From NCBI RefSeq assembly GCF_000011805.1, contig NC_006840.2: a DNA stretch of 32,000 nucleotides; one strand, written 5' to 3'. The position numbers and the translations under genes are program-made. Positions 9,955-19,554 of the stretch are shown piece after piece. The stretch comes from Aliivibrio fischeri ES114 (GTDB lineage: Bacteria > Pseudomonadota > Gammaproteobacteria > Enterobacterales > Vibrionaceae). Under the pieces are notes generated by a model. The model was not told the origin of the DNA. It was given only the letters and a program-made list of their open reading frames with translations, and made no database searches. Numbering within the stretch: position 1 is the stretch's first letter; every line of letters begins with the position of its first letter.

Positions 9955-10962
9955 ATGGCAACAATCAAAGATGTAGCCAAACATGCAAGTGTCTCAACCT
10001 CAACAGTAAGTCATGTTTTAAATAAAACTCGATTTGTTAGCGAAGATATTTCAGAACGTGTCATGGCCGCAGTAGCAGAACTAAACTATGCGCCTTCTGC
10101 CCTCGCCCGCAGTTTAAAAGTCAATCATACAAAAACCTTTGGCATGTTAGTGACAACCTCAACGAACCCATTTTTTGGTGAAGTGGTAAAAGGGGTAGAA
10201 CGTCGCTGCTATGAAAAAGGCTATAACCTCATCTTATGTAATACCGAAGGTGACGCAGAGCGTGTTCATTCAAGCTTAGATACCTTGCTACAAAAGCGTG
10301 TCGATGGCTTGTTACTGATGTGTACCGAAATCGAAAATCAAGTGCTTGAGCTCTTTTCTCGTTATCAACCGGTTCCTACCGTTGTAATGGATTGGGGATT
10401 GATTGATTTTCCAAGCGACAAAATTCAAGACAACTCGCACCACGGTGGCTATCTGGCAACAAAACACCTTATTGAACAAGGTCACACTGAAATTGGTTGT
10501 TTAACTGGTCCTCTCAATAAGTTGCAAGCACAACAACGTTTAAGTGGTTTTGTGCAAGCAATGGAAGAGTCAGGATTAGAAATCAATAAAAACTGGATTG
10601 CATCAGGCAATTTTGAATGTGAAGGCGGTGAAGCGGCTTTCAACGAAATTCATGCTAAAGGCAAACTACCAACGGCATTATTTGTTTGTAATGACATGAT
10701 GGCAATGGGAATGATCAATTGCGCAAGTAAAAAAGGCATTTCAGTTCCTAATGACATTTCAATTGTTGGTTATGATGACATTAAAATGGCTAAATACATC
10801 ACGCCATCACTTACTACCATTCATCAACCAAAACACCGATTAGGCCAACAAGCGGTCGATTCACTACTAGAAAAAATAGCAACAAAATCAGAAACGAATC
10901 GAGTTTTTCAGCTAGAGCCTACACTCATGGTTCGAGACAGCGTAAAGACGCTATCAAATTAG
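9955..10962 (+). CDS. rbsR: LacI-family transcriptional repressor of the ribose operon
   Basis: MATIKDVAKHASVSTSTVSHVLNKTRFVSEDISERVMAAVAELNYAPSALARSLK; position after rbsK. Confidence 0.93.
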   Translation: MATIKDVAKHASVSTSTVSHVLNKTRFVSEDISERVMAAVAELNYAPSALARSLKVNHTKTFGMLVTTSTNPFFGEVVKGVERRCYEKGYNLILCNTEGDAERVHSSLDTLLQKRVDGLLLMCTEIENQVLELFSRYQPVPTVVMDWGLIDFPSDKIQDNSHHGGYLATKHLIEQGHTEIGCLTGPLNKLQAQQRLSGFVQAMEESGLEINKNWIASGNFECEGGEAAFNEIHAKGKLPTALFVCNDMMAMGMINCASKKGISVPNDISIVGYDDIKMAKYITPSLTTIHQPKHRLGQQAVDSLLEKIATKSETNRVFQLEPTLMVRDSVKTLSN

Positions 10963-10997
10963 AACCATCACTGAATAAAAAATAAAGCAGAACAATA

Positions 10998-11045
10998 GAG
11001 CCTCTCATCATATTCCTTTCTAATGGAAGATAATAAGAGGCTCTT
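10998..11045. terminator. Terminator between convergent rbsR and the ligase gene
   Basis: agagcctct...agaggctct inverted repeat with additional internal pairing and flanking T-rich sequence. Confidence 0.65.
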
Positions 11046-11051
11046 TCTATT

Positions 11052-11909
11052 CTAATAATTATTTCTCACTGCAACGTATCGTGCAAATCTTGGGATTCCG
11101 TTATCCGTATAACCGTTATAACGATAAGTCACTGTAGAGCCTAATTTAGGTGGGTTTTCTCTTACTTCAATACTCAAACCGCTACCAACTTTAAATTCTT
11201 TTCCATTTGGCATACGTAAAATCATTGCGCCCACCATACCGCGAAACTTTCCTTTCCCATCGGTATAGCCGATCACAATGGCTTCATTGTCTTGATGTTT
11301 TTTCACTTTAATTAAATCGTCACTGCGTCCGGGTCTATAAACTTCACTGACCTTTCTTAGCATCACCCCTTCACCATTACGTGCAGAGATATCATCTAAT
11401 GCTTCTAATAGAGAGTCTTCATTACTGATAGGATAATGTTCAACCAATTTTAAGTGCGGGTGATCGAGCTTTTTAACTATGGTTGATAGCTCATAATATC
11501 GTTTGGGAAACATACCGGCAGAGCTAGGTAAATCGAATGCCATGAAGCGAATTTTTTTCCATAATTCATCATTAGGTTGACTGTCTAACACTGTTTTTGC
11601 AACTTGTTGAAATCCACCTCTTCCAGCCCATAACTCTCCATCAATCTTATGATCAGGTAATGGGCCAGTAAACCAATCTGGTGCATATATCGTGTGACCT
11701 GTTCGTGTTATTAACTTTTCTCCTGTCCATAATGCTCGAATACCATCTAACTTCTCACTTGCCCAATACCCTTCAATATCCATTCCTTTTTCATATTGAG
11801 TAGCAAGAACCACATCTATTGATGCAGTATTTGGTTCATCATGTGAATATGTGGGGAGTGGGGTTAACCCAAGCGCAACCAAGGCTGCAAGTAATTTTAT
11901 TTTCATCAT
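11052..11909 (-). CDS. Exported ATP-dependent DNA ligase (LigE/periplasmic type)
   Basis: Signal peptide MMKIKLLAALVALGLTPLPTYS; adenylation motif SEKLDGIRA, DGELW, EGVMLR, OB-fold-like C-terminus. Confidence 0.88.
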   Translation of the reverse strand: MMKIKLLAALVALGLTPLPTYSHDEPNTASIDVVLATQYEKGMDIEGYWASEKLDGIRALWTGEKLITRTGHTIYAPDWFTGPLPDHKIDGELWAGRGGFQQVAKTVLDSQPNDELWKKIRFMAFDLPSSAGMFPKRYYELSTIVKKLDHPHLKLVEHYPISNEDSLLEALDDISARNGEGVMLRKVSEVYRPGRSDDLIKVKKHQDNEAIVIGYTDGKGKFRGMVGAMILRMPNGKEFKVGSGLSIEVRENPPKLGSTVTYRYNGYTDNGIPRFARYVAVRNNY

Positions 11910-12235
11910 CCTGACCTATTATCATTATTCCTTTAATTCATGATTACATAAGCCCACAAACAACTAACGAAAAAATTGAACAAATATCACTCTATTTCGA
12001 TCCATCTCCAGAAACAATGAAATACGAGAACTATCACTTTCACTGTTTAAATATCCACTATTACCATAATTGTTATTTCATTGAGCTCTGCCAGATTTGT
12101 AGCTTATCAAAAAGATCAACATCTCACTCTTAATGCAAAGGTAATGTTTGTGACACATCAATATGAGATGTTTATTTATAGATAATTCTAATATCTATAA
12201 ATAATTCATATAACTCAACTATGGAAAGTAGTGAA

Positions 12236-14890
12236 ATGAAAACAACACAAATAAAAACCTCGCTTGCTATGGCGATTGGCTTGGCGCTATCTGGCAACGC
12301 TTCTGCTGACATCATTATCTCTCAATACGTGGAAGGCGGAAATTACAACAAATCATTGGAGATCAGTAACACCTCTGATACTCCTGTTTCCCTTTCAGGT
12401 TATGTACTTAAATCTAAATACAACGGTCTTAATGACTGGAAAAACGATTTAGATTTATCCTCTATCACTCTTGATGCCAAAAGTGTTTATGTCATCTCTA
12501 ATGGCCGAGCATCAGACCCAATCAAAGCTGTTACCGACAGCATTGAAAGCATTGTAAATCACAACGGTGATGAGACTTACATGCTATTTAAAGATGGTGT
12601 AGAGCATGATCGCATAGGCATTGATGGCGATGTTGATTGGGGTAAAGATAAGAGTTTTGTTCGTACTGATTTAACCCCAAGCACAACGTTTGATGCCAAC
12701 ATGTGGATTGAAAAACCAAAAGACAACATTGACGGACTAGGGGTATATCAAGAAGGCGTCACACCACCTCCGGCATTTGCGTGTCAAACAGAATCAGGTG
12801 CAACCCCCGTATTTACAGAAATAAACCAAATTCAAGGAACCGGAGACAAATCCCCTCTTATCTCTAGCGGCTTTATTTCAGATGATGAGTATTTTGTTCA
12901 AGGTGTTGTTACCGCTCGTGGCGAAAGCTTACTAAAAGGATTTTACTTACAGGGTCTCAACGATGATTTTGATCCTAACAGCTCAGAAGGCATATTTGTT
13001 AGCACAGGAAGTGCGCCATCGTTAGAAATTCAACCCGGCGCATTAGTGTGTGTAAAAGCCAAAGTTCAAGAATATTACGGTCAAACGCAATTAAAACCTG
13101 ATACCAATAACTTCTTAGTTCAAGGCCATCAAGCTCCTGTATCCGTTACCGAGCTAACCATTAATGAAAACGAAACACTTGCGCAAGCCCTTGAGCGTCA
13201 TGAAGGGATGCAAGTCAAACTCACTTCACACTCAGATTTACGTATCACACGTAATTTCAGCTTTGACTACGCAAGTAAACGCAACAACATGGTACTTTCT
13301 CATGGTGAACCACTATTCAAACCTACACAGCTCTTTGCTGCAGAAAGTCCAGAAGCCATTCAACTTGCTGAAGAGAATGCAAAACGCCAAATCACCATAG
13401 AGTCTGATAATAAAGCACCTAATGGAGAAGTACCTTACTTCCCTGATTTTGCAACCGATTCCAATCAAGATGGCAGCGCAGATTCATACTTACGCCTTGG
13501 TGCTCGAATCGAAGGTTTAGAAGGTGTTATCGCCTACTCTTACGGCCAATACCGCCTTGTTACCACCAATACCATTTCACAAGAAAATATCATCACTCAA
13601 GCTTTCGATGAAGATGGTGATACCCTATTTAATGTAGAGCGTACTGACGAACCAAGTATTGACGATGCAGATCTCACCATTACTAGTTTTAACGTATTAA
13701 ACTACTTCACATCCGTTGCTGCTGGTGGCGATGCGAACCCAACAGGTCAAAACCGTGGTGCAACAAGTGCTGATGACTTTGCGATTCAACAAGCAAAAAT
13801 CCTCTCGGCATTAGTGGCTATTGATGCTGACATTATTGGTTTAATGGAAGTTGAAAATAACGGCTTTGGCGAGAACAGTGCCATTAACGATCTAACCACG
13901 GCATTAAATGCTCAATTTGAAGACGAAGAAGATCACTACAAATACGTAGAGATCAAAAACAAAGACAAATACCAAGGAGAATACCTAGGCTCTGATGCCA
14001 TTATGGTTGCCCTTCTTTACCGCCCTAGTGAAGTAAAACTCAAAGGCAAAGCACGCGTTATCAAAACACCAGAACAACACATTGCAGAAAATACTATTAC
14101 TCGTGACAACAACGGGACCATTGAATTTAACCCAGCTTATGACAAATACCAACGTCATAGCCTAGTTCAAAAATTCATGATTAAAGACGCTAAAGAACCA
14201 TTAACCGTTGTTGTAAACCATCTAAAATCAAAAGGCTCTGAGTGTATTGAGCAATGGCAAAACTTTGAAGAAGACAAAGACCCATCAGATCTACAAGGTA
14301 ACTGTAACCGCTTTAGAGTATCAGCAGCAAAAGCCATTGGTGATGAACTAGAAAGCGTAAAAGGCGATGTGTTAATTCTTGGCGATATGAATGCTTATGG
14401 CATGGAAGATCCACTATTAACCCTTACGGATTACAGCCAAGAGAAATATAACCGTGACATCTTTACCGCTTCTTACACCACACTAGGCACAGATAAAGAT
14501 GGTAAACCCCTGCCTTATGAAACAACAGGCAGCCAGGTCACTCAAGGTTATGGTTACATTAACTTAAATACCTTACTGCATGGAACGGATACTTTCTCTT
14601 ACACCTACTCAGGTGAATTAGGAAATCTTGACCACGCTTTAGCGAATAAGTCACTGGCAAAACGTGTTGCTGAAATTGAAGATTGGCACATTAACGCAGC
14701 TGAAAGTAACTTATTTGAATACAGCCCGAAATACACGGGTGATATGGTGAAATACAATGACATGTATTCAGCATCTGATCATGACCCAATTGTGATCACA
14801 CTTGATTATGAGAAAGGGGCATCATTTAACTTCTTTGCATTAGCTTCTTTATTAGGCTTTGGTTTCTTGCGCAGAAAACTACGTAAATAA
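12236..14890 (+). CDS. ExeM/NucH-family extracellular endonuclease with N-terminal lamin-tail domain and C-terminal sorting-like tail
   Basis: Signal peptide MKTTQIKTSLAMAIGLALSGNASA; LTD-like domain; OB-like middle; EEP nuclease region (FNVLNYF, GLMEVENNGFG, GDMNAYG, SDHDPI); terminal hydrophobic plus basic tail. ORF track start is 12221, signal-peptide start is 12236. Confidence 0.88.
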   Translation: MKTTQIKTSLAMAIGLALSGNASADIIISQYVEGGNYNKSLEISNTSDTPVSLSGYVLKSKYNGLNDWKNDLDLSSITLDAKSVYVISNGRASDPIKAVTDSIESIVNHNGDETYMLFKDGVEHDRIGIDGDVDWGKDKSFVRTDLTPSTTFDANMWIEKPKDNIDGLGVYQEGVTPPPAFACQTESGATPVFTEINQIQGTGDKSPLISSGFISDDEYFVQGVVTARGESLLKGFYLQGLNDDFDPNSSEGIFVSTGSAPSLEIQPGALVCVKAKVQEYYGQTQLKPDTNNFLVQGHQAPVSVTELTINENETLAQALERHEGMQVKLTSHSDLRITRNFSFDYASKRNNMVLSHGEPLFKPTQLFAAESPEAIQLAEENAKRQITIESDNKAPNGEVPYFPDFATDSNQDGSADSYLRLGARIEGLEGVIAYSYGQYRLVTTNTISQENIITQAFDEDGDTLFNVERTDEPSIDDADLTITSFNVLNYFTSVAAGGDANPTGQNRGATSADDFAIQQAKILSALVAIDADIIGLMEVENNGFGENSAINDLTTALNAQFEDEEDHYKYVEIKNKDKYQGEYLGSDAIMVALLYRPSEVKLKGKARVIKTPEQHIAENTITRDNNGTIEFNPAYDKYQRHSLVQKFMIKDAKEPLTVVVNHLKSKGSECIEQWQNFEEDKDPSDLQGNCNRFRVSAAKAIGDELESVKGDVLILGDMNAYGMEDPLLTLTDYSQEKYNRDIFTASYTTLGTDKDGKPLPYETTGSQVTQGYGYINLNTLLHGTDTFSYTYSGELGNLDHALANKSLAKRVAEIEDWHINAAESNLFEYSPKYTGDMVKYNDMYSASDHDPIVITLDYEKGASFNFFALASLLGFGFLRRKLRK

Positions 14891-14910
14891 CCGTTATAAA
14901 GAGCATTAAA

Positions 14911-14953
14911 TAAAAATGGCGGAGTATCTACACTCCGCCATTCTTTTATTTTG
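14911..14953. terminator. Bidirectional terminator between nuclease and MATE genes
   Basis: aatggcggagt-atctac-actccgccatt with A-rich 5' and T-rich 3' flanks. Confidence 0.8.
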
Positions 14954-16415
14954 AAGCCACAGAAACTTCCAACTCTTCGTCGGTTTCTGCACCACTTTGC
15001 ATGATGACGGCATCATTATTACAAAACGGCGTCATGGTGACACTAATGTCTGCTAATGCATCTTCTGTGCATACGGTTTCACAATGCTCTCTCACCATAC
15101 TGATAACATGCATTCTTAACACAATTAAGCTAATAATACCGAACACCACATTACCTACGGCTTGACCATATAATACACCCAAACCGCCATACCACTGCGC
15201 ACCAAAGTACACAAAAGGCAGAGTACCAATGGTTGCTTTACTTAAATTAAGTGCCGTTGAATATAAAGGTTTACCCAAATTATTAAATGACGTATTTGCT
15301 ACAAACATTGCGCCATTAAAAATAAAGGTGATAGCCACAAAACTACAGAATGTCATCATAATCAGCGATGCATCACCAACCAAGTTAAAGGCTTTAACGA
15401 TGTAATCTTGCAGTAAAAACAAGATCAGTGACACCGCAATACAATAAATCGCAGTAAAGAACAGCGAATTACGCAGCGTGTCTTTTACCCTATCAATGCG
15501 TCGTGCACCAAAGTTCTGCCCTATGATTGGACCAACCGCTCCAGACAACGCAAAAATAACCGCAAACGTTACGGGAATTAATCGTCCAATTACCGCAAAA
15601 CCAGCAACAAAATCTTCACCAAACGGCGCAAGGGTTGATGTCACAATCGCATTACCAATCGGTGTTGCCGTATTCGTAATAATAGCCGGAGCCGCAATAG
15701 TAATAATGGCAGGCGTATGATCTTTTATGATCGACCATTCAGGCCATTTCACTAAATTGTGCGTTTTCACTAATGGGTATAAAGAGAAAACCAATACGGT
15801 AATTCGAGAGATTACCGATGCAATCGCCGCTCCTTCAACATTAAGTCCAAAACCAAAAATGAAAATTGGGTCTAAAATAGCATTCACAATACCACCGTAT
15901 AACGTGGCTAACATTGAACGTTTAGCATCACCTACAGCACGAAGGCCTGCACCCGCAGCCATAGCAATGGCAATAATTGGAGTACTTGGTAATAAAATAG
16001 AAAGATACGCTTGAGCACGCTCAGCAACAAACCCTTTTGCTCCTATCATTGAAAGCAATTCAGGAATAAAGCAAAACATGACAATCGTTACAACGGTATT
16101 CACAATAAAGGCGATCGCCAGTGTACTACTCGCTAATTGTTGTGCTTTTTCATTCTCTTTTGCCCCTAGCGCTTTAGATACCAAAGCCCCCATAGCAATA
16201 GAAGAACCGATAGAAACTGAGGTTGAAAAGAATATTATCGTTCCAGCAAAACCAATGGCAGCGGCTAACTCAACTTGTCCTAATAAACTGATAAAAAACA
16301 TATCTAATAAGTCAACGACAAACAGTGCCATTAAACCAATAGAAGATGCTCCCGACATTACTAAAATATGTCTCATGGTCGATCCATGAACAAATTTAGC
16401 CGTTTGATTACTCAC
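14946..16415 (-). CDS. MATE family efflux transporter
   Basis: Multi-TM protein with MATE-type sequence (VIGRLIPVTFAVIFALSGAVGPIIGQNFGA). Confidence 0.88.
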   Translation of the reverse strand: MSNQTAKFVHGSTMRHILVMSGASSIGLMALFVVDLLDMFFISLLGQVELAAAIGFAGTIIFFSTSVSIGSSIAMGALVSKALGAKENEKAQQLASSTLAIAFIVNTVVTIVMFCFIPELLSMIGAKGFVAERAQAYLSILLPSTPIIAIAMAAGAGLRAVGDAKRSMLATLYGGIVNAILDPIFIFGFGLNVEGAAIASVISRITVLVFSLYPLVKTHNLVKWPEWSIIKDHTPAIITIAAPAIITNTATPIGNAIVTSTLAPFGEDFVAGFAVIGRLIPVTFAVIFALSGAVGPIIGQNFGARRIDRVKDTLRNSLFFTAIYCIAVSLILFLLQDYIVKAFNLVGDASLIMMTFCSFVAITFIFNGAMFVANTSFNNLGKPLYSTALNLSKATIGTLPFVYFGAQWYGGLGVLYGQAVGNVVFGIISLIVLRMHVISMVREHCETVCTEDALADISVTMTPFCNNDAVIMQSGAETDEELEVSVASK

Positions 16416-16517
16416 ATATCTCTCCTACCATTATCTTTCTACTCTTTACCATTTTAGATAAAAATAGCGTAATGGTGTTGAATACTAAAAATTAAATCGT
16501 TATTTCCTAAAAATAAA

Positions 16518-16542
16518 AAAACCACAAACTAATTGTGGTTTT
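16518..16542 (-). terminator. Intrinsic terminator of the 16568..17314 gene
   Basis: aaaaccacaa / ttgtggtttt followed by a T run on the minus strand. Confidence 0.7.
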
Positions 16543-16567
16543 CTTCAAACAGTGGAAGTAATAACGA

Positions 16568-17314
16568 TTACATACCTATGCTTTCACTAATGCTATCAAT
16601 TTCTTTGATATCCATCTGTAGCAATTGTAATTCATCATTATATTGAGCGATGAGTTTTTTTGCTGCTTCTTGACGTTGGCAAACATCTGACTTCACATCC
16701 CAACTCTTACCTTCAAGGTACACTTCACACTCTTTCGCAAGACGTTTTTCATTTGATGTTGTTACTTCAAGTTTAACTTCAAGTGCACTTGCTTCTTCTT
16801 TCAATTGAAGTTGACGTTGGAACAACTGCTTTGCACGCGTCAGCATCGTCACTTGTAAATCAACTTGGTTAGTTAATTTATCAATTTGCTTATTTTGCTC
16901 TTCAACTTGCATTTCTAGTGAGGCTTTTTGAGACTTCAATGCACCCACTTCTTTTGTTAATGTCGCATGTTTTTTTGATTCTTCAACAATCGCTTGTGCT
17001 TTTTCTTCATCAAGCGTTTGTTTTTGTGCTTCTAATGCTTGCTGTTTTTCTTTTTCAACCAGCACATCAACCTCAGCACTCTTCTCTTTTGCTTGAGTTA
17101 ACTGTAATTGATATTGCTTAGTTTGAGTTTCTAATTGAGTGTAGGCTTCTGTCCATTTATTTTCTGAAATACTAGAGCCAATTAAACCACCGGCAACCGC
17201 ACCGATAATCAAGGTTACCCCTGCTACCCAATGGCTCGCTTTTGATTTCTCTTCAATAATAATGACATCTTCATCGTGCTCATCAGATGTTCTTGTTTGA
17301 TTTTCTACACTCAC
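16568..17314 (-). CDS. Single-pass membrane coiled-coil protein, hypothetical
   Basis: Acidic N-terminus, TM segment WVAGVTLIIGAVAGGLIGSSI, long heptad-like coiled coil. Confidence 0.75.
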   Translation of the reverse strand: MSVENQTRTSDEHDEDVIIIEEKSKASHWVAGVTLIIGAVAGGLIGSSISENKWTEAYTQLETQTKQYQLQLTQAKEKSAEVDVLVEKEKQQALEAQKQTLDEEKAQAIVEESKKHATLTKEVGALKSQKASLEMQVEEQNKQIDKLTNQVDLQVTMLTRAKQLFQRQLQLKEEASALEVKLEVTTSNEKRLAKECEVYLEGKSWDVKSDVCQRQEAAKKLIAQYNDELQLLQMDIKEIDSISESIGM

Positions 17315-17388
17315 GTGATAACCCCAAGCAAATAGATTTTATTGAGTATAGTGTTATTCCCTATACTCTTTGTTAAAAATAAGACAAC

Positions 17389-17547
17389 TTATCGAATTAG
17401 CTCTGAAATCATGACATATGCCACATAAATGACAAGTCCTGCAACAGAGGTATAAATAACCGATTTTTGAACCTTCTCATTTGATCTGAACTTGAACAGT
17501 ACAGCAGCAAATACGAATAATAAAATGATGACCGCAATTCTTAGCAT
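17389..17547 (-). CDS. Small 52-aa membrane protein (not in ORF track)
   Basis: Manual translation: MLRIAVIILLFVFAAVLFKFRSNEKVQKSVIYTSVAGLVIYVAYVMISELIR*; two hydrophobic segments, upstream AGGTG. Confidence 0.55.
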   Translation of the reverse strand: MLRIAVIILLFVFAAVLFKFRSNEKVQKSVIYTSVAGLVIYVAYVMISELIR

Positions 17548-17730
17548 AGTACACCTCACTTTTCTTATACTTTAGCACATTTTTGCTTTCTAAATACTTG
17601 AGTTTTAGTCGTTATTTTGAACAAAGAAATCGGTTTCTTATAATATTTTTGAATTTTTCAAATAAAATACATGACATAAAATGTGACTTAGCTAACATAG
17701 CGTCTTGCTGTTATACAGCACACAATTTGT

Positions 17731-17955
17731 TGATCCGATGAAGACTGCAGGAGAGTGGCAAAAACCGTCAAGGTTACGCCCGCCGAAGAAGTAAATCTTT
17801 CAGGTGCCGAGTTCATTTTTTAAGTGAATAAGGTGAGGACTGTAGTTGGAGGAATCTCTGGAGAGAGCCGTTAAATCGGCCGCCGAAGGAGCAAGCCCTT
17901 ATCTGAAAAATGATAAAGGTGAAACTCTCAGGCAAAAGGACAGAGGAGAAAGTGA
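17731..17955 (+). ncRNA. Tandem (two-aptamer) glycine riboswitch
   Basis: Aptamer 1: GCAGGAGAGTGGC...CCGCCGAAGAAGTAAATCTTTCAGG...AGGACTG. Aptamer 2: TCTCTGGAGAGAGCC...GCCGCCGAAGGAGCAAGC...GAAACTCTCAGGCAAAAGGACAGAGGA. These are the canonical gcvT-class motifs, just upstream of an AGCS symporter. Boundaries approximate. Confidence 0.95.
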
Positions 17956-18050
17956 TCCGATTAATCTCGGCTCTATACTATTTGTCGATCTTTTGACTTT
18001 GGTACACCACTCTCTCTTCTCCTTTCTATATGTTTTATTAAGGGGAAACC

Positions 18051-19433
18051 ATGAACACTTTTCACAACACGCTTGTTACTATAGATAACTTCATTTGGGG
18101 TCCACCTCTTTTGATTTTATTGGTTGGTACGGGTATCTACTTTACGTTTCGTTTACGTATTTTCCAACTTCGCCACTTACCAACTGCGCTTAAAATGGTT
18201 TTTTCACGAGAAGAAAACCAAAGTACGGGCAAGGGTGATGTTTCAAGCTTTGCGGCGTTATGTACTGCCCTATCAGCAACCATTGGTACAGGTAACATCG
18301 TAGGTGTAGCAACAGCCATCAAACTGGGTGGTCCTGGTGCTCTTTTCTGGATGTGGCTTGCTGCTGTATTTGGAATGGCAACAAAATATGCCGAATGTTT
18401 ACTTGCGGTTAAATACCGTAAAACAGACAGCAAAGGCGAAATGGTTGGCGGCCCAATGTACTACCTTGAATATGGCATGGGTAATAAATGGCTAGCAAAA
18501 CTGTTTGCCCTATTCGCTTTAGGTGTTGCTTGCTTTGGTATTGGTACATTCCCACAAATTAACGCGATTGTTGACTCAGCACAGCTAACAATGAATGCAC
18601 CAGCATGGTTAACAGGCGGTATCCTTACGGTGCTTGTTGCGGTTGTAACACTTGGTGGGATTCAATCTATCGCTAAAGTTGCTGAAAAAGTCGTTCCAAC
18701 AATGGCGGTAATTTATGTTGTATCGTGTGCTTCTGTTTTAATAATGCAAGCCGAAGCTTTACCAGCTGCATTTCAATTAGTAATTACGTCTGCGTTTACT
18801 GGTACTGCTGCAACTGGTGGTTTTGTTGGTGCATCAATCATGCTAGCTATTCAATCAGGTGTGGCTCGTGGTGTATTCTCAAATGAATCAGGTCTTGGTA
18901 GCGCCCCAATGGCAGCGGCAGCCGCTAAAACTGACTCTTGTGTAAAACAAGGCCTTGTATCGATGACAGGTACCTTCTTTGATACCGTGATCATTTGTAC
19001 CATGACAGGATTAACTTTAGTGGTTACTGGTGTATGGCAAGGTGATGCGGCAGGCGCACTAATGACAACCCAAGCATTTGCTATTGGTTTAGGCTCTGAA
19101 CAAATTGGTCCTTATCTTGTATCTATCGGTTTAATGTTCTTCGCCTTCACGACAATTTTAGGTTGGAACTACTACGGTGAACGTTGTGTGACTTACTTAT
19201 TTGGTCGCAAAGGTGTTTTACCATACAAAATAATCTTTATTAGCCTAGTGGCATCTGGTGCTTACATGCATTTAGACACTATTTGGGTTATTGCTGATAT
19301 TGTTAACGGTTTAATGGCTATTCCAAACCTAATTGGTCTAATCGCTCTTCGTCATATTATTATTGAAGAAACTCACCTGTTCTTCAGTAAACAGAAAGAG
19401 ACTGAAAACGAACAAGTTTTTAATAGAATATAG
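18051..19433 (+). CDS. Alanine/glycine:cation (Na+) symporter, AGCS family
   Basis: GTGNIVGVATAIKLGGPGALFWMW, GVFSNESGLGSAPMAAAAAKT; riboswitch upstream supports glycine/alanine substrate. Confidence 0.93.
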   Translation: MNTFHNTLVTIDNFIWGPPLLILLVGTGIYFTFRLRIFQLRHLPTALKMVFSREENQSTGKGDVSSFAALCTALSATIGTGNIVGVATAIKLGGPGALFWMWLAAVFGMATKYAECLLAVKYRKTDSKGEMVGGPMYYLEYGMGNKWLAKLFALFALGVACFGIGTFPQINAIVDSAQLTMNAPAWLTGGILTVLVAVVTLGGIQSIAKVAEKVVPTMAVIYVVSCASVLIMQAEALPAAFQLVITSAFTGTAATGGFVGASIMLAIQSGVARGVFSNESGLGSAPMAAAAAKTDSCVKQGLVSMTGTFFDTVIICTMTGLTLVVTGVWQGDAAGALMTTQAFAIGLGSEQIGPYLVSIGLMFFAFTTILGWNYYGERCVTYLFGRKGVLPYKIIFISLVASGAYMHLDTIWVIADIVNGLMAIPNLIGLIALRHIIIEETHLFFSKQKETENEQVFNRI

Positions 19434-19554
19434 CGTTCCAATGAATTGTCTCTGTTAATTTTCAGAGATAATTTGAAACATTTATGTAAACCAAATCTCA
19501 CAAATATATTATTTATTCTGCTATTATTACCTTATACATTAAGTGAGGTGATAT

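Noticed and set aside
15478-16389. Plus-strand ORFs inside the MATE gene (15478..15720, 15727..16014, 16078..16389)
   Set aside because: Antisense shadows of a clear transporter reading frame.
17846-18088. 80-aa ORF on the plus strand upstream of the symporter
   Set aside because: It lies inside glycine riboswitch aptamer 2 and the leader, and overlaps the symporter start in another frame.
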